A stretch of DNA of 64,000 nt. It comes from Candidatus Nomurabacteria bacterium RIFCSPLOWO2_01_FULL_42_17. Its GTDB lineage: Bacteria > Patescibacteriota > Minisyncoccia > Phycocordibacterales > UBA9973. The stretch is taken from the NCBI GenBank assembly GCA_001785985.1, contig MFVE01000008.1, forward strand, positions 8,751-72,750. Direction: 5' to 3'. Below, piece after piece: positions 29,160-38,558 of this stretch. Below the pieces are notes generated by a model. It worked only from the letters and a program-made list of their open reading frames with translations, was not told the origin of the DNA and ran no database searches. Position 1 is the first letter of the stretch; every line of letters starts with the position of its first letter. The position numbers and the translations under genes are program-made.

Positions 29160-30380
29160 ATGAAGCAAAAAATAAACACAATTTCAGAAAAAATTACTTT
29201 ACTGAATAAAACTATTCTTGACTCAATGGCGGAAAAAGACAAAGGTGCTATAGTCAAAAATTTTACTGAAAACAGCATCAAAATTTTAGGAGCTGATTTT
29301 GGCTTCGCTTGGTGGAAATTTAGCGACAGCGATGAATACAAATTGGCTTATAAAAGTCCTAGCACTCCCTACAATCCATTTTTACCAAGAAATAAAGCAA
29401 GCCATTACACGGCTATAAAAACTAGGAGACCTCTTTTTAAAAGCACGATAAAAAAAGAAGATTACGGATCATCTAATATTACTCCCTATATGAAAAGTTT
29501 TGTTATCATCCCCATTTATCATAAACAATATATTTATGGCAGCATCACATTGTGCTATAAAAAACAACACAATTTTACGGAGGAAGAAATTACTTTATCT
29601 CAAGCAATAGGACATACCACCGCTCAAGCTATCACTACCCATAGACTTCTCAAGACAGACGCTCTTCTTAGAGAAGAAAAATCCAAAACAGAGTTTATTG
29701 CAAACGCGACTCATGAGCTTCGCACTCCGCTGGCTGTCATGAAAGGCAACATAGATTTGGCGTTGATCGACAAGAAAAATTCAAAATTAGCGCATCAAGC
29801 TTTAGAAGCCGTAGACATCGAGATAGACATCCTATCTAATATCTTTAAAGATCTAGCCCTACTGACTTCTCCTAAAAATAGAAAAAATTTGATAAATCCA
29901 ATTGATATTAATATCACAAACTTGCTGGAAAAAACAATAAAAAGATTGGAAACCATAGCTGCAGAAAAAAATATAGAAATCAAAATAGAAACTCCGGAAA
30001 ACCCTAAGCATCAAAATATTTTTGTATTGGGAGATGAAGAATATTTAAATAAATTATTTCTCAATCTTATAACCAATGCCATTGCCTATGGCAAAAATGA
30101 CGGAAGTGTTTTTATCGGCATATCTAAAAACAAAGATTTTGTGAAAATAAAAATAGTAGATGACGGCATGGGCATATCAAAAGAAGATCTGCCGAAAATA
30201 TTTGACCGTTTTTATAGAGCGGACAAAGCTCATAATTCTTATGGCAATCATTCTGGGCTAGGACTCGCAATAGTAAAATGGATAACGGAAATACACGGGG
30301 GTATGATAAAAGTCCAGAGTATCCATGGTAAAGGTAGCATTTTCACCGTAACCCTACCGATCTCGTCACAGTTGAACTAG
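29160..30380 (+). CDS. GAF-domain sensor histidine kinase
   Basis: THELRTPL (H box), NLITNA, DDGMGI, FDRFYR, SGLGLAI. Confidence 0.92.
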   Translation: MKQKINTISEKITLLNKTILDSMAEKDKGAIVKNFTENSIKILGADFGFAWWKFSDSDEYKLAYKSPSTPYNPFLPRNKASHYTAIKTRRPLFKSTIKKEDYGSSNITPYMKSFVIIPIYHKQYIYGSITLCYKKQHNFTEEEITLSQAIGHTTAQAITTHRLLKTDALLREEKSKTEFIANATHELRTPLAVMKGNIDLALIDKKNSKLAHQALEAVDIEIDILSNIFKDLALLTSPKNRKNLINPIDINITNLLEKTIKRLETIAAEKNIEIKIETPENPKHQNIFVLGDEEYLNKLFLNLITNAIAYGKNDGSVFIGISKNKDFVKIKIVDDGMGISKEDLPKIFDRFYRADKAHNSYGNHSGLGLAIVKWITEIHGGMIKVQSIHGKGSIFTVTLPISSQLN

Positions 30381-30386
30381 ACTTTT

Positions 30387-30453
30387 TGTGCATAAGTCTG
30401 TGGAAAAAGTTAATATAGATTTAATAATTGAAGTTATCCACATCTTATTCACA
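30387..30453. promoter_or_regulatory. Cluster of four DnaA-box-like 9-mers
   Basis: TGTGCATAA 30387, TGTGGAAAA 30399, TTATCCACA 30434, TTATTCACA 30445. Confidence 0.6.
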
Positions 30454-30589
30454 AAAAGATGCAAAAGAGCTAATTTTTGATATTGACAACAATATTCATA
30501 AAAAGTTAATATTAAAACTAGGTTAAGTTTTTTAAACAAACTAAATCTAAAAAGTCGATCAACATTAAAAAATTACGAAGAAATAAAAT

Positions 30590-30838
30590 ATGTTAAAAAA
30601 ATTTATGAAAATAAAGAAGGGGTCACAAAGTGTTCAAGAGAATAAATCTAAAAAAGAGTACGGCGTTTTAAAAATGTGCAGAAAATGTTATGCATTCCAA
30701 TACGAAAATGGATGGCATTTTGAAAAGCCTGCTCATTTACTAGAACGAGACCCAAACGAAGAAGTCACAGTGCAATTCAGCCAATGCTCTGCTTGCGTTG
30801 AAGAAGCTCTGGCTATGTATGATATGGAGTACGTTTAA
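30590..30838 (+). CDS. Small Zn-ribbon protein
   Basis: CRKC...GWH...CSAC. Confidence 0.7.
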   Translation: MLKKFMKIKKGSQSVQENKSKKEYGVLKMCRKCYAFQYENGWHFEKPAHLLERDPNEEVTVQFSQCSACVEEALAMYDMEYV

Positions 30839-30839
30839 A

Positions 30840-31514
30840 ATGAATAAAACTACAGAAAGAATCCTAAAAGAATACGAAGCGAAAGCTGATTTATATAAAA
30901 AGTTTACCGATGCGATCCGTTTCCTCTTCGAGAACATACTAAAAAAGGGAGGCTATAAATATTATATTTATGCCCGCCTCAAACAGATAGAAAGCTTGGA
31001 AGAAAAAATTGAAAGAAAAAAGCTGAAAGGTAAAATATATAAAAGACTAGAAGATATAAAAGACATCGCCGGAATAAGGGTGATCTTTTATACTGAGAAG
31101 GATAGAAGAAAATTTATCTCAAAAATACAAAAAGAATTCAAAGACTCCCTAAAAATCAAAAAAACCCATAAAATATCAGGTTATCGAGCTGTTCATGCAA
31201 ATGTAGTCTTGGGAAAAGAAAGACTAAAATTAAGCGAATACGAAGCTTTTAAAGGATTAAAATGTGAAATACAACTTTGCCTCATTTTAGAGCACGCTTG
31301 GGCTGAAATCGAACATGATGTTCTATATAAAGAAAATATAAAATTGAGCGAATCCGATAAGGTTCATTATCTCCACATGAAAGACAGAATGCAAGGAATT
31401 ATGCAAAATTATATAAACAAGGCATCAGTCGAACTCGAGCGCGTTGTTTTGCAGTCTAAAAGAATAAAAAGAGATAGTGTGGGAAAATTAAAATCCGAGA
31501 TCCTCGTTCACTAA
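30840..31514 (+). CDS. Small alarmone synthetase (RelA/SpoT synthetase domain)
   Basis: ARLKQIESLEEK, DIAGIRVI, GYRAVH, EIQ...AWAEIEH. Confidence 0.85.
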   Translation: MNKTTERILKEYEAKADLYKKFTDAIRFLFENILKKGGYKYYIYARLKQIESLEEKIERKKLKGKIYKRLEDIKDIAGIRVIFYTEKDRRKFISKIQKEFKDSLKIKKTHKISGYRAVHANVVLGKERLKLSEYEAFKGLKCEIQLCLILEHAWAEIEHDVLYKENIKLSESDKVHYLHMKDRMQGIMQNYINKASVELERVVLQSKRIKRDSVGKLKSEILVH

Positions 31515-32105
31515 TATCATTCTGATTTTTCTGCCCATCATTTGATGCTCACCATTAAATGTTACGATCTTGTTGGGCGCGGTGCCGACGCCGTATTTTT
31601 CTTTCATATGCTTGTCTTCGAGTGGTATAACATAGTCATAGAGACGATTCATCGCATCCGGCAAAGTCGGAACAATTTTCTTGGTACTAACTACAAAAAT
31701 AAGATTTGGAGAGGTAAAGACTATGTGCGGTAATTGGCTCCCAGTATTCGATGCAATAATGAATTCACCTGTCTGCGCAAGAGCATGCACACTGCCTAGA
31801 TAATAATCTGAAAGAACGGCAAGCTTTCTAAGTTGCGCTTGCTTGACTGGATCTTTTTCCGCAATTATTCCTTCATGCAGATTGTTCCAGCCGTGCTTCC
31901 CTTCTTTAAGAAAATCCACGAAACCCAACTGCTCGAGCGTCACCGAAGCTCCATTCATGACCGATGCGCCTTTCGGAATGAGTTCTTTGATTTTTGCAAG
32001 TGCTTCCGATCCACTTTCCACCATAAATGCTTCCGTATTTCTCGCACTAAGAGCTTTAATAGTTTTATCTACGACTTCTTTTGTAGCTAATTGATCGTAT
32101 TTCAT
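31488..32105 (-). CDS. LUD-domain (lactate utilization-like) protein
   Basis: GASVTL, SVHAL, ASNTGSQ, KKIVP. Confidence 0.8.
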   Translation of the reverse strand: MKYDQLATKEVVDKTIKALSARNTEAFMVESGSEALAKIKELIPKGASVMNGASVTLEQLGFVDFLKEGKHGWNNLHEGIIAEKDPVKQAQLRKLAVLSDYYLGSVHALAQTGEFIIASNTGSQLPHIVFTSPNLIFVVSTKKIVPTLPDAMNRLYDYVIPLEDKHMKEKYGVGTAPNKIVTFNGEHQMMGRKIRMILVNEDLGF

Positions 32106-32130
32106 ACTTTTATATTATATCAAGAATCAA

Positions 32131-32463
32131 TTAATTATTCGCATCTATTTTTGTCGCAACGATGAAGTCGTTTTCAGAGAGTCCGCCGATGGCGTGAGTG
32201 GAAAGTTCGAGAAGAACTTTATTGTAATGTATGTGAATATTTGGATGATGACCTTCTTCTTCAGCAATATCGGCGACACGCTCGACGAAATTTATCGCCC
32301 CGATAAAATCTTTAAATTTATATTCTTTGGAGATTTTTTTAGCCTCGCTGTCTAATGCCCAACCTGGAGTTTCATCTAAATAATTTTGCGCATCAGCCCT
32401 ACTGAAAGGCTTAATCCCCTTCCCTTCGCACGGTACGCACTTTTTCTTCAGTAAATCATTCAT
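32131..32463 (-). CDS. phhB: Pterin-4a-carbinolamine dehydratase
   Basis: CVPCEG, AEEEGHHP, THAIGGLSENDF. Confidence 0.9.
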   Translation of the reverse strand: MNDLLKKKCVPCEGKGIKPFSRADAQNYLDETPGWALDSEAKKISKEYKFKDFIGAINFVERVADIAEEEGHHPNIHIHYNKVLLELSTHAIGGLSENDFIVATKIDANN

Positions 32464-32469
32464 AAAAAA

Positions 32470-33705
32470 TTAAAGTTCATCTAAATTTAGAATATGCCCC
32501 ATTTTATTGCGCTTGGTAGTCAGATAAGAATGATTGTGTTTATTTGATTTTATTTCTATCGGAATATTTTCCACAATCTCTAGACCATACCCCGCCAGCC
32601 CCGCGCGCTTTTTTGGATTATTTGTCATAAGTCGCATTTTGGAAACACCCAAATCTCGCAGGATCTGCGCCCCGATACCATAATCTCGCTCATCCATTTT
32701 AAAACCAAGTTTTAGATTTGCATCCACAGTGTCAAAACCCTGCTCCTGAAGCTTGTATGATTTTAATTTATTTAAAAGACCTATTCCTCTGCCTTCTTGA
32801 TTCATATACACGATCACACCTTTACCTAAAGTATTTATCATCTCCATCGCCATGTGGAGCTGAGGTCCGCAATCGCAACGCAAAGAGCCAAAAATATCTC
32901 CAGTAATACAAGAAGAATGCACCCGCACCAAGATAGGCTCGTCTTTTTCCCATGTCCCTTTTACTAACGCCAAATGTTCTTCGCCTGTATCTTTGCGACT
33001 ATAAGCATATAAATCAAAATCGCCCCATTCAGCCGGCAATTTTACTTGTACTTCTCTTTTGATTAAAACTTCATTTTTTAATCTGAAAGATATTAGATCT
33101 CCAATACTGATAATTTTTAAATTAAATTTTTTCGCTATTTTGAATAATTCAGGCAGACGAGCCATCGTGCCATCTTTATTCATAATCTCGACGAGAACAC
33201 CAGCCGACCCCATGCCCGCCAAGCGCACCAGGTCAACCACTGCTTCTGTATGTCCGACTCTCCTTAAAACTCCGCCGTTCATCGCTTGAAGGGGAAAAAT
33301 ATGCCCTGGACGACCGAGGTCGTGAGGCTTTGTAGATGAATCGACTAAAGCTTGCACTGTCTTTGCTCTATCGTGAGCAGAGATGCCAGTCGTGCAACCA
33401 TGACCAAGCAAATCAACCGAAACAGTAAAAGAAGTAGAATGAAAAGAAGTATTTTTGGCAGCCATCATCGGGAGTTCAAGTTCTTTGGCTCTTTCTTCTG
33501 TGATGGGCGCGCAGACGAGTCCCCGTCCATGAATCGTCATAAAATTTATAATCTCAGGAGTCACATTTTGGGCGGAGGCAATAAAGTCTCCTTCGTTTTC
33601 CCGATTGGCATCATCCACCACGATCACAATTTTACCCGACTTGATATCTAATATAGCGTCTTCGATAGAATTTAATTTAAATTCAGTTTTTTTATTTTTT
33701 TTCAT
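32470..33705 (-). CDS. ribBA: DHBP synthase/GTP cyclohydrolase II
   Basis: [45 protein letters not shown]. Confidence 0.97.
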   Translation of the reverse strand: MKKNKKTEFKLNSIEDAILDIKSGKIVIVVDDANRENEGDFIASAQNVTPEIINFMTIHGRGLVCAPITEERAKELELPMMAAKNTSFHSTSFTVSVDLLGHGCTTGISAHDRAKTVQALVDSSTKPHDLGRPGHIFPLQAMNGGVLRRVGHTEAVVDLVRLAGMGSAGVLVEIMNKDGTMARLPELFKIAKKFNLKIISIGDLISFRLKNEVLIKREVQVKLPAEWGDFDLYAYSRKDTGEEHLALVKGTWEKDEPILVRVHSSCITGDIFGSLRCDCGPQLHMAMEMINTLGKGVIVYMNQEGRGIGLLNKLKSYKLQEQGFDTVDANLKLGFKMDERDYGIGAQILRDLGVSKMRLMTNNPKKRAGLAGYGLEIVENIPIEIKSNKHNHSYLTTKRNKMGHILNLDEL

Positions 33706-34154
33706 TTTAATAAAGCTAGTTCGAGAGCGGCTTCGGCCGCTTCGCCTCCGACATGGATCCTGACTTTTGCTTGTTCGAGATTGTTCATTGTTAATACACC
33801 AAAACCGACAGGAATATTGTCTTCAATCATTATCTTTAAAACTCCTTCTTGCGCCATTTTACAAACATAATCAAAGTGTGGAGTATCTCCACGAATAATG
33901 CACGCAATCGCTACTAGAAAATCATATTTTTTTGATTTTGCCAATTGGTGTAAAGCAAAAGGCATCTCCACTGCCCCAGCGACACGCACAATTTTAATAT
34001 TTTTCTCGCTGAGCTTAGATTCCTTTAGAGTTTTCAGAGCGTTCACTAAAAGCTCGTCTGTAATTTCAGAATTCCATCTAGCAACGACAATACCAGCTTT
34101 TAATTTGCTTCCATCAAAATATTTTTTATTCTTTGTTTTATTTTTTATTTGCAT
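33702..34154 (-). CDS. ribH: Lumazine synthase
   Basis: [23 protein letters not shown]. Confidence 0.95.
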   Translation of the reverse strand: MQIKNKTKNKKYFDGSKLKAGIVVARWNSEITDELLVNALKTLKESKLSEKNIKIVRVAGAVEMPFALHQLAKSKKYDFLVAIACIIRGDTPHFDYVCKMAQEGVLKIMIEDNIPVGFGVLTMNNLEQAKVRIHVGGEAAEAALELALLK

Positions 34155-34731
34155 ATTTAATAAGTATATCAAATTCTAAATTTAAAAAGTCACCCTTCTT
34201 TTTGAATTTTAAATTCGTATGTTTTAAAGTATATGGAATAATTTTCACAATAAAAGAATTACTGGAAACTTTAACAACAGTCAGACTAATCCCCTCCATT
34301 GTCACCGATCCCTTATAAACCAAAAATTTCTTGAAACTTTTAGCCGGTATTTTTATTTCAAACGCTTGTGAATTTCCTTCTTTTTTTATATTGAGAATTT
34401 CCCCTTTACCATCAATATGCCCAAGCACGATATGCCCACTTATCCTGTCGCCTAGACGCATTGATCGCTCGATATTTACTGTATCATTTTTCTTTAAAAA
34501 ACTTAAATTTGTGATCTTCAGAGTTTCTGGCATATATTCAAAATAAATATTTTTACCACCCCCGCCTTTGGATGGGGTAAATTTTTTAACAGTTGAACAA
34601 ACACCATTTACAGAAATACTTTCTCCAAGTTTTATTTTCCCTAAATTATTAGCAATTTTAACAAACAAACCATCTTTGGCTGATTTTACCTCGTTTATTT
34701 TTGAAGTTTTAGAAATTATTCCTGTGAACAT
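34138..34731 (-). CDS. ribE: Riboflavin synthase alpha chain
   Basis: MFTGII, SISVNGVC, GHIVLGHID, KGSVTMEGISLT. Confidence 0.95.
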   Translation of the reverse strand: MFTGIISKTSKINEVKSAKDGLFVKIANNLGKIKLGESISVNGVCSTVKKFTPSKGGGGKNIYFEYMPETLKITNLSFLKKNDTVNIERSMRLGDRISGHIVLGHIDGKGEILNIKKEGNSQAFEIKIPAKSFKKFLVYKGSVTMEGISLTVVKVSSNSFIVKIIPYTLKHTNLKFKKKGDFLNLEFDILIKYANKK

Positions 34732-35054
34732 AACTGGATATCTTTTTTTATCTGAGCAATTAACTCTTCTTCTGTATTAAATTTTTGATACTCTCTCAAG
34801 AATTTTTTAGGGTGGAGAGTGACTTCTTTCCCGTATGCATCTTGACTATATCCTATCAAATGAGCTTCCACCTTTTCGGCTGGTCCTATCACAATGCCCG
34901 CGCAATATTTTTGATTTTCTAAAATTGCATCTCCAACATATACTCCGGCTTTGGGGAGCTCCTGATCATTTATTTCCAAATTCACTGTCGGAAATCCAAT
35001 CTTCCTGCCATATCCGTCGCCCTTCACTACCTTGCCTGAAATTGTGTATTGCAT
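34716..35054 (-). CDS. Stand-alone riboflavin kinase domain
   Basis: GKVVKGDGYGRKIGFPTVN, EAHL, YG, LRE..KF; no FAD synthetase domain. Confidence 0.88.
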   Translation of the reverse strand: MQYTISGKVVKGDGYGRKIGFPTVNLEINDQELPKAGVYVGDAILENQKYCAGIVIGPAEKVEAHLIGYSQDAYGKEVTLHPKKFLREYQKFNTEEELIAQIKKDIQLCSQE

Positions 35055-35062
35055 TTTAGAAT

Positions 35063-36397
35063 TTATTCCGAAAGTCTGCTATCAATCCGAGTCATATCTC
35101 TAGGAAAAGCAGTTGCCTCTTTTACGTTTTGAAGCTCAAGCATTCGAGCGGTAAAACGTTCTAGTCCAGTAGATGCTCCTCCATGGGGCGGCATGCCATA
35201 TTTAAAAATTTGGAGATAGTATGAGAACTTTTCTGGATCCATCCCTCTTTCTATAATACGTCTTACAAGATCTTCATAATTATGCATTCTCTGTGCACCA
35301 CTGTTTATTTCCAATCCACGAAACAGTAAGTCAAAACCACGAGATAAAGGTGCCTCACTTGGATCTTCATACGTATAAAAGGCGCGCTTTTTTGTGGGAA
35401 ATCTGGTAATAAATACAAAATCAGAATGAAGATTTTTCTTTACATATTCACAGAGTTGGCGTTCGTCTTCCGGAGACATATCATTCGTATCCTCGATCGT
35501 GCGATTAAATTCTTTAGAAACAAGAGCTTGCGCCTCGACTAAAGTAAATATTGGAATCTCCGCAGGAATTTCAGGCACAGTCGTATTGAAACGCGCAAAG
35601 ATATCTTTATGTAACTCTACCACTTTCGTTACTGTGTCGCGAATAGCATTCTCCAGAACTTTCATTGGCTCTCGTTCATTCTCAATGAAACCCATTTCAA
35701 AATCCATTTGAGTTATCTCACTCAAATGTCGCGTAGTCGCGCTTTTCTCTGCGCGAAAAACTTTAGCAATGGTATAGGAACGTTCAAATGGCCCGATCAT
35801 TATCTGTTTGTAAAATTGGGGACTAGTGGCGAGATATGCCTTATGATCTTTGAAATAATTTATAGAAAAAACAGCCGCCCCGCCCTCAGCATCTCCCCCA
35901 ACGATCCCGGGAGACATAAATTCTGTAAATCCCTGAGACCTTAGCGAAGAACGATACGCTTCAAGGATAGTTGATTGCATCATAAAAATATCTTTGGCTC
36001 GCTCAGTGCGAAGTGTATAGGGCAAATAATCTAAATACGTATCAAGATTCACTTCGGCACTTAGCTCAAATGGCAGATCTTCCGCTTGACTTAAAACTTC
36101 AATGTCCGTAACTTCTAGCTCTGTATCGCCGTTTAATACCCCTGCTTTTATATTTTTATCTGGGCGTTTGTTCACCATCCCCGTAATTTTGAGTACCCAC
36201 TCCGGTCTGATTGTTTTTGCCTTTTCTATCGCAGATGTCCGGCTGGGCAACGCCACGCATTGGACTTTGCCAGTCATATCACGCATATCAAAAAACACCA
36301 TTTTTCCTTGGTCGCGTCTGACATCCACCCATCCAGCGATGACAACTTCTTTACCTACATTATCTTTTAAATCCTTGATATATACTCGATCTTTCAT
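35063..36397 (-). CDS. aspS: Aspartate-tRNA ligase, archaeal-type non-discriminating
   Basis: OB fold, SPQFYKQ, FRAEKS.T.RHL, YGMPPHGG; 444 aa, no GAD insertion. Confidence 0.9.
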   Translation of the reverse strand: MKDRVYIKDLKDNVGKEVVIAGWVDVRRDQGKMVFFDMRDMTGKVQCVALPSRTSAIEKAKTIRPEWVLKITGMVNKRPDKNIKAGVLNGDTELEVTDIEVLSQAEDLPFELSAEVNLDTYLDYLPYTLRTERAKDIFMMQSTILEAYRSSLRSQGFTEFMSPGIVGGDAEGGAAVFSINYFKDHKAYLATSPQFYKQIMIGPFERSYTIAKVFRAEKSATTRHLSEITQMDFEMGFIENEREPMKVLENAIRDTVTKVVELHKDIFARFNTTVPEIPAEIPIFTLVEAQALVSKEFNRTIEDTNDMSPEDERQLCEYVKKNLHSDFVFITRFPTKKRAFYTYEDPSEAPLSRGFDLLFRGLEINSGAQRMHNYEDLVRRIIERGMDPEKFSYYLQIFKYGMPPHGGASTGLERFTARMLELQNVKEATAFPRDMTRIDSRLSE

Positions 36398-36449
36398 GAC
36401 AAAAACATTTTAACATAAATTAAAAAAGAAAAATAGGCTAAATAAAAAT

Positions 36450-36493
36450 AAAAACCAGCAATATTTTCCTCCTTTCGAGTATTGCTGGTTTTT
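36450..36493 (-). terminator. Terminator after the 71-aa gene
   Basis: AAAACCAGCAATA ... TATTGCTGGTTTT with T tract. Confidence 0.7.
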
Positions 36494-36520
36494 GAAATGT
36501 TGATTTTTCAACAGACCCGA

Positions 36521-36736
36521 TCACCATCCCCATCCTACAGGCCTCCCTTCACGTCCCACCATGAGACCACGTATTTCACCACAATGGGCACATTTGAAAC
36601 AATCAGTCCGACCATTAGGGTTAAGAAGAGGGTCTAGATCTACTTGCACAATTTTCACTACATTTTGGCAGGTAATACACCATGCCCTTTTTGGAGGATT
36701 ATAGTCTCCACTTTGTTCATCTGAAGCACCCCACAT
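36521..36736 (-). CDS. 71-aa Trp/Cys-rich Zn-ribbon protein downstream of the Trp attenuator
   Basis: CITC...CFKCAHC, four Trp, SD-like GAAAGG, downstream terminator. Confidence 0.7.
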   Translation of the reverse strand: MWGASDEQSGDYNPPKRAWCITCQNVVKIVQVDLDPLLNPNGRTDCFKCAHCGEIRGLMVGREGRPVGWGW

Positions 36737-36835
36737 ATATAACCTTTCTTTTTACTATATTTTGAAATCACTTACATGGGTGGATTCCTGCACCTGAGAA
36801 TTTAAAGTTTTCACAAACTTTTTTTATTATCAAAG

Positions 36836-36940
36836 AACAAAAAGTGACGCTCATGCGCCACTTAATGGATTCCCTGTTTTAAATAGTTTAAAAAGAAATC
36901 AACAGAGTAGCGCAAAAGCAAATGCCTTTCCGCCCCACCA
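36836..36940 (-). promoter_or_regulatory. Ribosome-dependent transcription attenuator
   Basis: Terminator AAGUGGCGC-AUGA-GCGUCACUU-UUU (36863-36839); upstream GCGCUACU (36913-36906) can pair with AGUGGCGC as an antiterminator. Confidence 0.75.
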
Positions 36941-36979
36941 AGATTTCATTAATTTATTTATTTTAAATTGATTTTTCAT
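36899..36979 (-). CDS. trpL: Trp leader peptide (26 aa)
   Basis: MKNQFKINKLMKSWWGGKAFAFALLC*; tandem TGG TGG at 36940-36935 preceding the attenuator. Confidence 0.7.
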   Translation of the reverse strand: MKNQFKINKLMKSWWGGKAFAFALLC

Positions 36980-37003
36980 ATTTGTCTTCGTGCATCCTCC
37001 TAT

Positions 37004-37021
37004 CCATGCACTAGTGCATGG
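37004..37021. promoter_or_regulatory. Putative TrpR operator over a minus-strand promoter
   Basis: Perfect 18-bp palindrome CCATGCACTAGTGCATGG (ACTAGT core) overlapping TTGCAG-16-TACCAT. Confidence 0.65.
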
Positions 37022-37086
37022 TAGCATACTATAAAAAGTCTGCAACTACTAAAAATTACAGACTGTGGATAACTCTCCACTAAAGT

Positions 37087-37383
37087 TTATTTGCCTAATT
37101 TTTTCAAAACTAGATTGAAGCCGCCATTTTTATTGCGGAGCATGCGAGACCCACGGGTCACAGTGCTCATTCCAAGACCTAAATCCCCCACTACAGACCT
37201 GTGTGTTTCTCCTTTATTTAATTTTTTAACTATTTGCCAACGCAAAGACAGGGCTTCAAATTCATTAGGAGTAAGTATGTCTTTTAAAAATAAAGCCACT
37301 AATTCTTTACTACTATTAATTTTAGAAAAAATCTCCACCAGTTCCTGCTTGTATTCTGGAATTTTTTTACTGATGTGCTTCAT
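37087..37383 (-). CDS. trpR: Trp repressor family protein
   Basis: ILTPNE..AL..RWQIV..L..GETHR.V...LG.GMSTVTRGS; adjacent to trpS. Confidence 0.85.
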   Translation of the reverse strand: MKHISKKIPEYKQELVEIFSKINSSKELVALFLKDILTPNEFEALSLRWQIVKKLNKGETHRSVVGDLGLGMSTVTRGSRMLRNKNGGFNLVLKKLGK

Positions 37384-37477
37384 ACTTGATGAGATCTTTA
37401 ATAAAAGGTATCAAACCTTTTGATACGACGTCGACTCGGACATTGTGAACGAGGGGTACTCGTTCACATGCTCCTCG

Positions 37478-38434
37478 CTAGTCATAATAAACATTCACTC
37501 CGATTTTTTCTCGCACTTCATTCATTTTAGCCGATGCGACTTTTTTGGCTTTTTCGCCTCCGGCTTTTAGGATCGCCAACGCTTTCGGAATATCTTTCGC
37601 AAATTCTTTTCGCCTTTCTCGCAGTGGCGCGATGAATTTTTCCAAATCTTCTATCAACAACTCTTTTAATTCTTTATACTTTCCTGTCTTGCTCTCATAA
37701 ATAGGTAAAAGCTCAGAAGCTGGGCGAAGTAGATTATGTATCGCATAAACATTTTTAGGAATTCCTCCGCTCGCATCTGTCACAATGCTCATCACCGCTT
37801 TTTTTATTTCTTCATACTCAGCAAAAAGCAGAATGGTGTTGCCGTAACTTTTAGACATTTTTCTTCCATCGGTTCCCGGCACCACTGCTACCTTATCCAT
37901 AATCAAAGGCTCAGGTATTTTGAAAGTGTCTCCATAAATTCTGTTGAATTTTTCAGCTGTATCACGAGAAATCTCTATATGTTGTTTTTGGTCCGCTCCT
38001 ACAGGTACGGCATCTGGACTGTATAACAAAATATCAGCCGCTTGGAGCAATGGGTAATTAAAAGTTCCCACAACTATATCTTTATTCTTCGCTTCTGCAT
38101 CTTTAAAAGCATGTGCGCGCATTAAATACGGCATCGTGGTGATGGTGTCAAAAATCCAACACAACTCTGTGTGTTCTGAAATATCTGATTGCTTGAAAAG
38201 CGTCACTTTCTCTGGATCTAGCCCGACGGCTAAATAATCCAGAAGTAAATTCGTTATATTTTCTTTCATTTCCTTCGGATTTTGCAAAGAATGTAAGGCG
38301 TGATAGTCAGCTATGAAAATATAGCAGTCGTAATCATTTGATAAATCCACCCATTGTTTCATCGCCCCAAAATAGTTGCCAATATGGGCTTTTCCTGAAG
38401 ATTGAATGCCCGACAATAATACCTTTTTGCTCAT
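37478..38434 (-). CDS. trpS: Tryptophan-tRNA ligase
   Basis: SGIQSSG, HIGNYFG, YPLLQAADIL, VGADQKQH, KMSKS. Confidence 0.96.
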   Translation of the reverse strand: MSKKVLLSGIQSSGKAHIGNYFGAMKQWVDLSNDYDCYIFIADYHALHSLQNPKEMKENITNLLLDYLAVGLDPEKVTLFKQSDISEHTELCWIFDTITTMPYLMRAHAFKDAEAKNKDIVVGTFNYPLLQAADILLYSPDAVPVGADQKQHIEISRDTAEKFNRIYGDTFKIPEPLIMDKVAVVPGTDGRKMSKSYGNTILLFAEYEEIKKAVMSIVTDASGGIPKNVYAIHNLLRPASELLPIYESKTGKYKELKELLIEDLEKFIAPLRERRKEFAKDIPKALAILKAGGEKAKKVASAKMNEVREKIGVNVYYD

Positions 38435-38558
38435 AGGCAACATAATATCATAAAAAGGCTCATTTTGCGATTTTTTGTCCACATTTTAATAACACTTTTA
38501 TAAACTTTTGGCCCATTTTCTCATTTTGATAATTTTTCTACTGTGCTAGAATGCCCTT

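Noticed and set aside
30387-30560. oriC
   Set aside because: No dnaA/dnaN nearby, and the ribosomal and chaperone genes to the right point toward it rather than away
36756-36815. 19-codon GTG ORF after the attenuator as a trpE remnant
   Set aside because: Too short and no recognisable similarity by eye
38435-38558. T-box, purine or FMN riboswitch leaders
   Set aside because: The gaps upstream of trpS, the pur genes and the rib genes are too short or lack the conserved motifs
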